NCBI GenBank assembly: GCA_041500865.1
Contig: JBGQMY010000008.1
Span: forward strand, 1-43,389
Reading direction: 5' to 3'
DNA: 43,389 bases
Source: Candidatus Micrarchaeia archaeon
Lineage (GTDB): Archaea; Micrarchaeota; Micrarchaeia; Anstonellales; J096
The stretch's first letter is position 1, and each line of letters opens with the position of its first letter. Under the pieces are notes generated by a model. The model was not told the DNA's origin. It was given only the letters and a program-made list of their open reading frames with translations, and searched no databases. Below are positions 25,453 through 35,213 of the stretch, piece by piece. A program made the translations under genes and the position numbers.

Positions 25453-26241
25453 ATGATTCAGTTTAACCAGATTTATCAGATGGACTGCATACAAGGAATG
25501 GGTATGCTCAAAGAAAAAAGCATCGATATAATAATTACTTCCCCACCATACAACATAGGTATAAAATATAATTCGCATGACGACCTGATGCCATTTGACA
25601 AATATCTTAAATGGATGAATGCATTTGGAAAGGCATGCAAACGGGTTCTGAAAGAAGATGGGTCTCTATTCTTTAATGTTGGAGATAAATCAAGCGATGA
25701 ATTAAAGGCATTTGAAGTGGCAAAAATGGTAAATAGCGAAAACCTAAAACTGCAAAACACGATTCATTGGGTAAAATCCATTGCCATTCCTGAAGAAAAA
25801 ATAAATGTCGGGCATTTTAAACCCGTGAACAGCAAAAGATTTCTGAACAATTGCCACGAATATATTTTCCATTTTACAAAAAATAAGGATGCCGAATTGG
25901 ATAAGCTAGCCATAGGCGTCCCCTATGTTGACAAATCGAATATCGGCCGCTGGAAATCTGTAAAAAATGATTTGAGGGACAGGGGGAATGTTTGGTATAT
26001 ACCATATAAAACAGTCCAAACGGAGAAAGAGCACCCTGCGATGTTTCCGGAAAGGCTTCCTGAAATGTGCATTAAGCTTCATGGCTATACTGACAACACT
26101 GTTGTATTGGATCCATTTCTCGGAGCGGGCACAACCTGTGTAGTGGCAAAAAGGCTCGGATGCAACTATCTTGGATTTGACATTGATGAAAAATATATCA
26201 AAATAGCAAAGCAAAAGCTTTATCAACAGCATATGGGTTAG
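25453..26241 (+). CDS. Beta-class DNA methyltransferase (probably N4-C; M.MjaV-like)
   Basis: TSPPYN catalytic motif before DPFLGAGTT. LQNTIHWVKSIAI, LDKLAIGVPY and DLRDRGN resemble M.MjaV as I recall it. Confidence 0.9.
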   Translation: MIQFNQIYQMDCIQGMGMLKEKSIDIIITSPPYNIGIKYNSHDDLMPFDKYLKWMNAFGKACKRVLKEDGSLFFNVGDKSSDELKAFEVAKMVNSENLKLQNTIHWVKSIAIPEEKINVGHFKPVNSKRFLNNCHEYIFHFTKNKDAELDKLAIGVPYVDKSNIGRWKSVKNDLRDRGNVWYIPYKTVQTEKEHPAMFPERLPEMCIKLHGYTDNTVVLDPFLGAGTTCVVAKRLGCNYLGFDIDEKYIKIAKQKLYQQHMG

Positions 26242-26247
26242 CACATA

Positions 26248-26904
26248 ATGGCATGCAATAATAATATAGAGAGTTTTATAAAAACATTGAAACCAAAGAA
26301 AGATATCCTATTTAGCACCGTTATTAAAAGCATTTTTGGAAATGCTGTTTTGCCGATAACAAATAGCAAGGCAGACAAAGACCTTTTAATTGATTTGAAA
26401 AACGCAGTTATAACTGCTGGAAAAGATGCGAGAAAACAAGGCATATTTACGGCAAGGCCAAATGAAGCTGGAAATGAGATGGAACCATTCCTGATAAAAG
26501 CATTAAATAATATTGGTCTTAAAGCAGGCATTCCAGAAGATGCAAAAGGAAGGAAACAAACGGTTGGGTATCCAGATATATACCTCAAGGACAGGGCTGG
26601 GAGGCATAATTATCTGGAAGTAAAAACACATGAATACCGCGTGGATGTCAATAGGGGCGGCCTTCGGGCATTTTATATTTCTCCGCCAAAACCAGATAAA
26701 TCAAAGATAATCTATGATGCCAGACATATCATAGTTGGTTTTGGGCTTGAAAAAACAGCTAGGAAAGGGAAAACCTGTTTTATACCGAGAAATTGGAAAA
26801 TTGTTTCGATACACGGAATGAAAGTTAACTTAAAGTATGAGTTTAACACTGATTCAAAGGGAATGTATGATCCAAAGGCAATTCTATGCGAAGGCATCTA
26901 TTAA
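26248..26904 (+). CDS. Type II restriction endonuclease, PD-(D/E)xK (MjaV-like)
   Basis: NEAGN.ME, GYPD...YLEVK, FY.SP, K.EFN. Adjacent to the MTase in an AT-rich segment. Confidence 0.8.
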   Translation: MACNNNIESFIKTLKPKKDILFSTVIKSIFGNAVLPITNSKADKDLLIDLKNAVITAGKDARKQGIFTARPNEAGNEMEPFLIKALNNIGLKAGIPEDAKGRKQTVGYPDIYLKDRAGRHNYLEVKTHEYRVDVNRGGLRAFYISPPKPDKSKIIYDARHIIVGFGLEKTARKGKTCFIPRNWKIVSIHGMKVNLKYEFNTDSKGMYDPKAILCEGIY

Positions 26905-27012
26905 ATAAAGCTTGATATGGGTTGCATTTCAATGATAATGTGCTGAAGCCCCGCAATGCCTGATTGGCAAATAAATGCGCCTTCTTATTAAATTTTTCCA
27001 GCAACAAAAGGC

Positions 27013-29148
27013 ATGATGTTGCTTGACGAACTTAACGCGATAGAGCTTGTCCAGAAAAGGCAGGAGCCCAGATTCGGGGAGGCGGAGATTGACCCCACCC
27101 TCAGGGAGATTTTCGCGCAAAGGGGGATAACGAAGCTTTACGGGCACCAGGCTGATGCAATCAAACTTCTGCAGCAGGGAAACAACGTCTGCATAGCTGC
27201 GCCGACGTCATCAGGAAAGACGGAAATCTACGTCAGCGCGATGTTTGACAGCTTCAGGAAAGGCAGGAGAAGCCTGCTCATCTACCCGACAAAGGCGCTC
27301 AGCAGGGACCAGAGCTCCAGGCTCGGCCAATTTGCAATTTACGGCATGACCAATGCGATTTACGACGGCGACACCTCGCAGGCTGAAAGGAAGAGGATAA
27401 GGGAGATGCCGCCCTCTGTGATGATAACCAACTTTGACATGCTGCATCACATACTGCTAAACCACAACCTGTTCTCCAATTTTCTGAAGGACCTTTCCAT
27501 TGTCGTGATAGACGAGGCCCATACGTGCAACGGCATCTTCGGCTCCCATGCGGCGAACATCATAAGGAGGCTAAAAAGGATAATGTCAAAGAAGCACAAG
27601 GCACAATTAAGGTTCGTGGCAACGTCGGCAACGATAGGGAACCCGAAGGAGTTCGTCGAGAAAATAGTAGGCGAGCCTTTTGAGGCGGTCCAGGTCGCGT
27701 TCAACAGCGCGGAAATCCGGCATTACCTTGTCAATGCAATCGGAAGCCCTGTGACAATGGGCCTCAAGATAGCCGAGGATTTGGACGAAAAATCCCTCCT
27801 CTTTGCGGACAGCAGGTCCGTAGTTGAAAGGGTCGCGTACATAGGCCAGAAGAACGGCATAAAGGTGGAGCCTTACAGGGCAGGCATACCGCAGGACGAA
27901 AGGAGGAAGATAGAGAACAGGTTCAGGCAGGGCTCTACAAGGGTGCTGGCCACAACGTCCGCGCTTGAGCTGGGCATGGACATAGGCGACGTCTCAACCG
28001 TCGTGATGCTCGGCTTCCCGCCATCAATATCAAGGGCGAGGCAGAGGATGGGAAGGGCCGGCAGGAGGGGCCAGCAGGCGAAATCCATAATAGTAGCAAA
28101 CGGAGGGCCGCTGGACCAGTATTACATGGACCATCCGGACGAGTTCTTCAGCGGCGAGCCTGAAAGCTGCTATGCCAACCCTGACAATGCGGACATACTG
28201 AAATACCACCTTGTTAGCATGGCATCCGAGATGCTGCTTACGAAGGACGAGATAAACGACTCAAACAGGGCAACGATTGAAAAGCTGATAGGGGACGGCA
28301 TGCTTGCCAGGCTCGGAAGCTTCGTTGCTGCAACAGACAGGGGGAAGAGGTTCGCAAAGGGCCTTGGCATAAGGGGCTGCGGCGAAAGGGTTGCCATATG
28401 CGACGACAGGGGCAAGGAAATAGGGGACAGGGAGCTGCCGCTGGCGCTTGGCGAGCTGTACGAGGACGCGATATACTTCAGCTCAGGCAAGCCGTATGTC
28501 ATAGAAAGGCTTGACCTTAATGCGAAAAAGGCCTATGCAAGGGAATGCCCCGACCCGGAATTCTACACAATCCCGATATACGAGACGGAGATAGAGCCGG
28601 AACAGGCGTTTGAGGAAAAACAGATAAACAACGAAATAGGAATAGGGATGGGCAGCGTCGCCATATCAAAGTCCGTTGTCGGATACACGGCAAAGGAGCA
28701 GTACAGCGGCAAGGAGATGGGCGAGCATTACTTTGAGCGGCCGTACGTGCACAACTACGTGGCGCATGCGTTCTGGCTGGACGTTGACGAGGCATTTGCG
28801 GAAATAGAGAACTTCCCAAGCGGCCTGCATGCATACGAGCATGTGTTCATAAACATGACGCCGTCCGTGGCTGGAAACTCGCCGCAGGAGCTTGGGGGGT
28901 TGAGCAGCCCTGACGGAAGGGTCTATGTTTACGAAAGCGTGCCTAACGGAATCGGGATAGCAAAAATCATATTCAACAGCTTCGGGAGGCTTGCAGGCAT
29001 GAGCCTTGACCGGCTTTCCAAATGCCAATGCGAAAAAGGGTGCCCGAAATGCATACTGGACGCCATGTGCGGCAATGAGAACAAATACCTGGACAAGGCA
29101 GCGGCAAAGGCGGTGGCTGGAAGGATTGCCAAGGCCGCAAGATTATGA
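27013..29148 (+). CDS. DEAH helicase with DUF1998 (Hrq1/MrfA-like)
   Basis: PTSSGKT, YPTKAL, DEAH, SAT, TSALELGMDIG, QRMGRAGR, and C-terminal CQCEKGCPKC...C. Confidence 0.92.
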   Translation: MMLLDELNAIELVQKRQEPRFGEAEIDPTLREIFAQRGITKLYGHQADAIKLLQQGNNVCIAAPTSSGKTEIYVSAMFDSFRKGRRSLLIYPTKALSRDQSSRLGQFAIYGMTNAIYDGDTSQAERKRIREMPPSVMITNFDMLHHILLNHNLFSNFLKDLSIVVIDEAHTCNGIFGSHAANIIRRLKRIMSKKHKAQLRFVATSATIGNPKEFVEKIVGEPFEAVQVAFNSAEIRHYLVNAIGSPVTMGLKIAEDLDEKSLLFADSRSVVERVAYIGQKNGIKVEPYRAGIPQDERRKIENRFRQGSTRVLATTSALELGMDIGDVSTVVMLGFPPSISRARQRMGRAGRRGQQAKSIIVANGGPLDQYYMDHPDEFFSGEPESCYANPDNADILKYHLVSMASEMLLTKDEINDSNRATIEKLIGDGMLARLGSFVAATDRGKRFAKGLGIRGCGERVAICDDRGKEIGDRELPLALGELYEDAIYFSSGKPYVIERLDLNAKKAYARECPDPEFYTIPIYETEIEPEQAFEEKQINNEIGIGMGSVAISKSVVGYTAKEQYSGKEMGEHYFERPYVHNYVAHAFWLDVDEAFAEIENFPSGLHAYEHVFINMTPSVAGNSPQELGGLSSPDGRVYVYESVPNGIGIAKIIFNSFGRLAGMSLDRLSKCQCEKGCPKCILDAMCGNENKYLDKAAAKAVAGRIAKAARL

Positions 29149-29193
29149 CAGTATTGCATACATTCTTAAACACTTTTTATCATAATATAGGCT

Positions 29194-29478
29194 ATGATAG
29201 GCAGCGGCGCCTTCGTTTCTGTTGCGCCTTCCAAGCGCTTCAAGGGCATGGTTGAAAAGAGATTCAAGTTCCCTGTTCTGGAAGAAAGGGCCTTGAGGCT
29301 GAAAAAGGCCCATGGCTTATACGTGAATTTCATAAAGGGGGCAATAACTGTGCCATTTACAGCGATGGAGACAGAGCGCATTGCAGGCGGAAAATGCCAG
29401 ATTACGATAATCCAGGACGACCTCAGGGGCGACGGCAGGCTGCTTGCTGCGCAAGGCGGCATCAGAAAGGGTTATTAA
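29194..29478 (+). CDS. Small hypothetical protein
   Basis: Fills the gap co-directionally, with an upstream TATA-like tract. No motif recognised. Confidence 0.5.
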   Translation: MIGSGAFVSVAPSKRFKGMVEKRFKFPVLEERALRLKKAHGLYVNFIKGAITVPFTAMETERIAGGKCQITIIQDDLRGDGRLLAAQGGIRKGY

Positions 29479-29502
29479 AGGTTCGTCTCATACGCATATT
29501 GC

Positions 29503-30192
29503 ATGATAACCTTCACTATACCGACGTACAATGAGGAGAAGTATATCGGAAAGTGCCTTGACAGCCTTTTTAAGCAGAAAGGAAAGATTGAGGCGATAGT
29601 GGTAGACAGCTACAGCAAGGACAGGACCGTCAAGATAGCCGAAGACTATGGCGCCAGGGTCATATTCGACCATTTCGGAAAGACCGGCCGCTCAAGGGAC
29701 AAGGCCATGCGGGCCGGAAAGGGGAGCATACTCATAAGCTGCTCTGCCGACGCGGTCTATCCCAAGGGATGGCTTGAGAAGATAACCGCTCCCATCAATG
29801 CCAAGAGGGCGGATGCGGTCATAGGCAGCCTCTATATAAAACAGTCGACTGCGATAGAAGAAGTGGGAAGCCACATCATAAACAGCGTACTGCTCCCAGC
29901 GACATCGGCCCTGAAGCTGATGTACGGCAATGCAGACAACATGGCCATAGAAAGGGCGTTCTATTACAGGATAGGGGGCTTCCCGCACGTGATGACCGCA
30001 GAGGACGCCATGCTCATCAAGAGGGCAAGGAAGCACGGCAGGGTCGTATACCAGAAGGACGCCTTCGCATTCACCAGCCCAAGGAGGGTAAGGGAATGGG
30101 GCTACCTGAGGTTCACGCTCTTCCATACCAGGAACTTCCTTGAGGCAAACCTGCTCAACAGGACGCACGACAGCTACGAGCCCATAAGGTGA
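29503..30192 (+). CDS. Glycosyltransferase family 2
   Basis: IPTYNEE, VVD..S.DRT, IGGF....AED, TSPRR. Confidence 0.92.
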   Translation: MITFTIPTYNEEKYIGKCLDSLFKQKGKIEAIVVDSYSKDRTVKIAEDYGARVIFDHFGKTGRSRDKAMRAGKGSILISCSADAVYPKGWLEKITAPINAKRADAVIGSLYIKQSTAIEEVGSHIINSVLLPATSALKLMYGNADNMAIERAFYYRIGGFPHVMTAEDAMLIKRARKHGRVVYQKDAFAFTSPRRVREWGYLRFTLFHTRNFLEANLLNRTHDSYEPIR

Positions 30193-30196
30193 AACA

Positions 30197-31315
30197 TTGA
30201 ACATCGCGTTCTTTACTGACAGCTACAAGCCCAATGTTGACGGAGTGGTCAGGTGCATCGAGCTGCTCAAGCATGAGCTTGAGAAGGAAGGCCACAAGGT
30301 CTATGTTTTCGCGCCCTCGCCGTCCATGGAAAGCAAGGTGGACAAGGAGGTCCATTACTTTGAGTCGCATCCTTTTGCCCCTTACCCGCAATACAGGATA
30401 GCGATGGCGCACGAGGCCACGCTCGGCATAGGCGCATTGGCAAGGAAGTGCAAGGAGCTGGGCATAGAGGCGGTGCACAGCCACGGAATCGCGTTCACGG
30501 CAATAGCGGCGTACAGGGTGGCGAAGAGGCTCAACGTGCCCAAAGTGATTACGTTCCACACCAACGTCGCGGGCGCGACGCACTATATCTCAAAGTTCAA
30601 GATGCTTGAAAGGCACTTTGAGTCAATCGCGTGGCACTACCTGAGATGGCTTTACTCAAACTACGACGCAGTGCTTGCGCCCTCCGAGACCGCCGCCGGC
30701 CTGCTGCGCGGCCACGGCATAAAATCAACGGTATTCCCGAACGGCATAGCGCTTGAAAGTTATTTCAAGATTAAGAGGGCGCCGTCCAAGAAAGGATTCG
30801 CTCTTTTGCACGTCGGAAGGGTCGTAAAGGAGAAGAAAATAGACATTGCGATGGAGATGGTCCGCGCGATGCGGGCCAAGGGAAAGGATATCAGCCTTAC
30901 CGTCGTAGGCATGGGACCGGCGCTTGGGCACCTCAAGGCCGAGGCGAAAAGGCTCGGCATTTCAAGGAGCGTCAAATTCACCGGATATATAGAGCACAGG
31001 AAACTGAACGCGCTTTACAGCAAGGCGAACGCGCTCGTTTTCTGCTCGCCTTTCGACACCCAGGGCCTTGTCGTGATTGAGGCGCTGGCGTCCGGGATGC
31101 CGGTCATCGCCGCCAAGGGAACGTCAGGCGCAGAGATAGCGAAGGACGTGGACGAAAGGCTCATATTCTCAAACGAAAGGGAATTCGAAGGCGCCGTTGA
31201 ATTCGCGGAAAAGCACGGAAACTGCAGGAAGTGTAGGGACGTCGCGTCAAACTATGACATAAGGAAACAGGCGAAAAAGCTAGTCGCGCTTTACAGGAAA
31301 CTTGGGAAAAAGTAA
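30197..31315 (+). CDS. Glycosyltransferase family 4
   Basis: FTDSYKPNVDGV, PNGI, GRVVKEK, DTQGLVVIEALASGMPV. TTG start with GGTGA SD. Confidence 0.92.
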   Translation: MNIAFFTDSYKPNVDGVVRCIELLKHELEKEGHKVYVFAPSPSMESKVDKEVHYFESHPFAPYPQYRIAMAHEATLGIGALARKCKELGIEAVHSHGIAFTAIAAYRVAKRLNVPKVITFHTNVAGATHYISKFKMLERHFESIAWHYLRWLYSNYDAVLAPSETAAGLLRGHGIKSTVFPNGIALESYFKIKRAPSKKGFALLHVGRVVKEKKIDIAMEMVRAMRAKGKDISLTVVGMGPALGHLKAEAKRLGISRSVKFTGYIEHRKLNALYSKANALVFCSPFDTQGLVVIEALASGMPVIAAKGTSGAEIAKDVDERLIFSNEREFEGAVEFAEKHGNCRKCRDVASNYDIRKQAKKLVALYRKLGKK

Positions 31316-31327
31316 ACAGACATTCCA

Positions 31328-31885
31328 TTACGCTATGATTTTATATTTGATATACATAGGTGTTTTTGTGACAAATGAGTTTGTATACTCGAAATAAAGG
31401 TCAAAATTATTGACATCGCTAGGCACCTCAATGGCTGCCCATCCGCTCATCTTTGTTCCAGGCGTCAATTTCTTTAGGGAATCCAGGGTTTTATCATATT
31501 TGTCGGATATCCCAAATGCAATTGTCTTGTCATATTTTTCCGATGAGGAATCTATCGCATATATGTCAGGGGCAAAGTACTCGGAGCCGTCTCCTACATT
31601 CTTTATCTCAAAATTCGCAAGCAAATAGCGTTTTCCTCCATATATTGAAGAAGTTGTTTCAAATGCTGTTTGCGTCAAGGTCACTTCATATTTTGAACCC
31701 ATATATTCTACGGTATATACTGTACCAAGTTGCCCGTTTTCGATACTCTTGGGTGATTCAGTTTGTTGTGTGTGGCTCGAGGTGTTGCTTTGGCCGCTAT
31801 TTTGAATATTTCCAGTCGTACCGCAACAACCTGATAGCAAAAGACCTGCTAATACCGCAGATATAAACAATGATTTCCCCAACAT
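31328..31885 (-). CDS. Lipoprotein, DUF4352-like
   Basis: LLLSGC lipobox, S/T linker, F.IKNVG...LTPG..MSGW..IEVP Ig-like pattern. Confidence 0.75.
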   Translation of the reverse strand: MLGKSLFISAVLAGLLLSGCCGTTGNIQNSGQSNTSSHTQQTESPKSIENGQLGTVYTVEYMGSKYEVTLTQTAFETTSSIYGGKRYLLANFEIKNVGDGSEYFAPDIYAIDSSSEKYDKTIAFGISDKYDKTLDSLKKLTPGTKMSGWAAIEVPSDVNNFDLYFEYTNSFVTKTPMYIKYKIIA

Positions 31886-31943
31886 ACTACACCATTTATG
31901 GTGTTTTATTTATAAATATTGCCATTACGCCACATTCGGGGTA

Positions 31944-32216
31944 ATGTTAAAAGTCCAGCAAATCCATAACGGCATATACCGTCGGATACGCGCCATGTCC
32001 AACGGATACAGGTTTAGAATACTGGAACTGACTCAAGGCCAGCAGATGAATATAACGGAACTTAGCAAGGCGCTTCGGCTCTCATACACGAAATGCGCGG
32101 ACTACGTGCGTCTCCTTGAAAAAGAGGGTCTTGTGGAAAAGACAAGAAAGAACAGGGAAATGCTCGTAAGGAGCAAGGTCGTTATTACTCCAGATAATGT
32201 AAAATTCTCAAAATAG
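31944..32216 (+). CDS. ArsR-like winged-helix regulator
   Basis: RFRILEL...NITELSKAL......YVRLLEKEGLVEK. Confidence 0.8.
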   Translation: MLKVQQIHNGIYRRIRAMSNGYRFRILELTQGQQMNITELSKALRLSYTKCADYVRLLEKEGLVEKTRKNREMLVRSKVVITPDNVKFSK

Positions 32217-32264
32217 AAAATTAAAAAAAAATAAAGGGTTGACGGAAGGAGCCTTTTCCTCGGC

Positions 32265-34460
32265 TCATTCCGTGAACGTCGCAGGCGTGGGCGGATTCGG
32301 CGGAAGCCCCTTCCTCTTCCTCGTTTCCTCCACTATCTTCGCCTGGAGGGCTGCGGGAAGCGGGTCATACCCCGCGTACTCCTGGTACCATATCGCCCTT
32401 CCCTGGGATGCGCTCCTCACGGCGTTGCTGAACCCCAGCATCTCGAAGACCGGGAGGACTTCGACGACCTTCGTGAGGTCCTCCTCCTGCTCCATGCTGA
32501 CCATCTGGCCCCTCTTGCCATTGACCAGGTTGATTATGTCCCCAGCGTACTCGTGCGGGACCTGTATCAGCACCTTCTGCTTGGGCTCAAGCAGCACTAT
32601 CCCGCCGATTATCATGGATATGTATATCGCGTTCCTGACGGCAGGGAGTATCTGCGCCGGACCGCGGTGCACGTTGTCCTCGTGGAGCGAAACGTCGTCA
32701 ATCGTGATTTTCAGGCCCGAAACCTTCTCCTGCGCCAACGGCCCCTTGTCCATGGCGTCCTCAAAGGACTGTATCGCGAGCTCCTGGACCTCGTTGAGGT
32801 ACTGGACCCCCTTCGTTGCGTCGACAATTATGTTCCTGTTGTAGACGTCCCAGATTCCCTTTGCCTCGTCCCTGTCCCATCCGGACTTGACCAGCTTGTC
32901 CACCACGTCCTGGTTCTTGCCTTTGGGCACGCCTTCCTTGATTTCGCCGTTGTCCAGCATCTGCATGACTTCCTTGGACAAAGGCTCCGCCTTTATGTAG
33001 AACTTGTTGTGCTTGTTAGGCGACTTTCCCTCGCTGACGGGGCCTGGCCTTGTCATGGTCTCCCTGTAAACCACTATCGGGGGCGAGGTCTCAATCGGTA
33101 TCTTCTTCTCCTCCCTTATCTTGTATTCCACGATTTCAAGGTGCAGTTCGCCCATGCCGCTTATGAGGTGCTCGCCTGTCTCCTGGTTGAGCGTCACCTT
33201 TAGCGTCGGGTCCTCCTTGGATATGCCCCTGAGGGCCTCAATCAGCTTGCCAAGGTCCTTGCTGTTTTTCGCCTCAATGGACTTTGTCACGACCGGCTCC
33301 GAATAGTGCTTTATCTGCTCGAAGGGCTCTATGGGCTCCGATGATATCGTTTCCCCGACATAGAGGTCCCTAAGGCCGATTATGGCGCCGATGTTGCCTG
33401 CGGTCAGCTTCTCTGTCCCTATCCTGTCAGGCCCCATGTATATCGCGACCTGCTGGGCCTTGGAGTATGTCATTTTTGACGCGATGTAAAGCTGGGTCCC
33501 CTTTTCCACCTTTCCGGCGAAAAGCCTCGCCACCCCGACCTCGCCTGCGTGCTCGTCATGGACTACGCCGAAAACGATGCCGACGACCGGCGCGTTGGCG
33601 TCGCAGTTGAGCATGCTCTGGCCCGTCGGAGAGTTAAGGTCCCCTTTCCACAGCACGGGTATCCTGTATTTTTGCGCAACATAAGGCGTTGGAAGGTGCT
33701 TTATTATTATCTCAAGCAGGACTTCGTCCAACGGCGACTTTTCCACCAGCGACTTATGGTCGCCTGCCTCAACCTTTGTGTAAATGTCCCCGAGGTTTAT
33801 CCCTGTTTTCTTCATGGACGTTATGCTGAGCGCCCACTTGTTGAACGCGGAGCCTATCACGACCTTGCCGTTCTCAACGGAAACCGCCCAGTCCTCCTTG
33901 TATTCCGGGGGGGCCGAAGTCTGGATTATCTTGTTCACGTTGACAATCAGCTTGGTCAGCCTTTCAATCATCTGCTCCTTGGTCAGCTTCAGCTCTGTTA
34001 TCAGCCTGTCGACCTTGTTTATGAATATGACCGGCTTGGCCCTTTCCTTGAGCGCCTGCCTGAGCACGGTTTCGGTCTGGGGCATGACGCCTTCAACGGA
34101 GTCCACGACAACGACGACGCCGTCAACGGCCCTCATGGCCCTTGTGACGTGGCCGCCGAAGTCAACATGGCCCGGCGTGTCAATGAGGTTGATCAGATAG
34201 TCCTTGCCCTCGTAATTGAACCCGAGGGATATGTTGGCGGCCTTGATGGTTATGCCCCTTGCCTGCTCCTGCTCGTCATAGTCCATCATCCTCTGGGAGC
34301 CTGCAAGCTCCTTCGATATGAGCCCGGCCCTTGCGACAAGCGAATCAGTGAGCGTGGTCTTTCCGTGGTCCACGTGCGCGACTATCGCGACGTTCCTTAC
34401 CTGCTCAAGGCTCTCCATTATCCTCTGCACTTCGTCTACGACAAATTCCTTCTTTCCCAT
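32265..34460 (-). CDS. fusA: Archaeal elongation factor 2
   Basis: AHVDHGKTT, RGITI, DTPGHVDF, NKVD, GMGELHLE, diphthamide loop HEDNVHRGPAQ. ATG 34460 has a GGTG SD. Confidence 0.97.
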   Translation of the reverse strand: MGKKEFVVDEVQRIMESLEQVRNVAIVAHVDHGKTTLTDSLVARAGLISKELAGSQRMMDYDEQEQARGITIKAANISLGFNYEGKDYLINLIDTPGHVDFGGHVTRAMRAVDGVVVVVDSVEGVMPQTETVLRQALKERAKPVIFINKVDRLITELKLTKEQMIERLTKLIVNVNKIIQTSAPPEYKEDWAVSVENGKVVIGSAFNKWALSITSMKKTGINLGDIYTKVEAGDHKSLVEKSPLDEVLLEIIIKHLPTPYVAQKYRIPVLWKGDLNSPTGQSMLNCDANAPVVGIVFGVVHDEHAGEVGVARLFAGKVEKGTQLYIASKMTYSKAQQVAIYMGPDRIGTEKLTAGNIGAIIGLRDLYVGETISSEPIEPFEQIKHYSEPVVTKSIEAKNSKDLGKLIEALRGISKEDPTLKVTLNQETGEHLISGMGELHLEIVEYKIREEKKIPIETSPPIVVYRETMTRPGPVSEGKSPNKHNKFYIKAEPLSKEVMQMLDNGEIKEGVPKGKNQDVVDKLVKSGWDRDEAKGIWDVYNRNIIVDATKGVQYLNEVQELAIQSFEDAMDKGPLAQEKVSGLKITIDDVSLHEDNVHRGPAQILPAVRNAIYISMIIGGIVLLEPKQKVLIQVPHEYAGDIINLVNGKRGQMVSMEQEEDLTKVVEVLPVFEMLGFSNAVRSASQGRAIWYQEYAGYDPLPAALQAKIVEETRKRKGLPPNPPTPATFTE

Positions 34461-34607
34461 TCTTGACACCTGCTAATCGTGAGTTTAGTGAAAAATAATC
34501 AGGCGAATCCCTTTTATATGTTGCGGTTTGCGGGGCTTGCTGCTAATCCCATCGAAAAGCTCAACTTTAGAAACAGGAAGGGAAGCTTAGGGGCAAAGCT
34601 GTTGGCG

Positions 34608-35177
34608 TCAGGACCCTATGCTCACGCTTGCCCTGTCTTCGTACATGAACAGGACCCTGCGCGTTTCTGAGCAGTTGGACTGTATGACGCTCATGAGTGC
34701 ATCATTGCCATAGGCGTCCTTTGCGGCAAGCAAGGAGTCCAGCTGGCCTATCTCCTGCGCAGCCCCGAGGATGATGTCGCATATTTGCGGATGCTGCTTC
34801 CATGCGGCATATTGCAGCGCCGTGCACCTGACTTCCCTTGTGCCTGCAAGCAGCAGGCTCCTCGCGATGCCGTTTTTCTGTTTTTTGGCGTGCCCAATCA
34901 GCAGTTTCACCGTGCCGGCGCTGCCTGCCAAAGCAGCGCGGTGAAGCGAGGTCATTCCGTCCTTGTCTGCTGCAAGCAGGTATGCTCCCGACCTAAGGAG
35001 CCGCTTGACTGCGCTTCTTCTGCCGTTCCATGCCGCATCCAGGAGCATCATGTCAAGCTTCTTCTGCATCCCCATCCGGTTACGCCTTGCCGGCCTGTCT
35101 TCATCGATGTAAGAATATTGCAGATGTAACGGGGAACCGCGCGCGAGCATGTTTCTTGCGAGCTTTGGTGTCGGCAT
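34608..35177 (-). CDS. Ankyrin-repeat protein (Ank4)
   Basis: LDMMLLDAA..GR...V.RLL..GA (as in Ank1), GMTSLHRAA, TALQYAA. Lacks the ECV tail. Confidence 0.82.
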   Translation of the reverse strand: MPTPKLARNMLARGSPLHLQYSYIDEDRPARRNRMGMQKKLDMMLLDAAWNGRRSAVKRLLRSGAYLLAADKDGMTSLHRAALAGSAGTVKLLIGHAKKQKNGIARSLLLAGTREVRCTALQYAAWKQHPQICDIILGAAQEIGQLDSLLAAKDAYGNDALMSVIQSNCSETRRVLFMYEDRASVSIGS

Positions 35178-35207
35178 AACCTGATATAGAGGCAAAAAGG
35201 TTAAAAA
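35175..35207 (-). promoter_or_regulatory. Diverged cassette head
   Basis: TTTTTAACCTTTTTGCCTCTATATCAGGTT-ATG. Same 30-nt length and 5' half; CACAAT is absent. Confidence 0.55.
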
Positions 35208-35213
35208 GGATGT

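Noticed and set aside
25453..29148. DISARM-type defence system
   Set aside because: Only a fused helicase-DUF1998 (Hrq1/MrfA-like) with host-like composition. No DrmA/B/C set. The R-M pair is a separate AT-rich insert.
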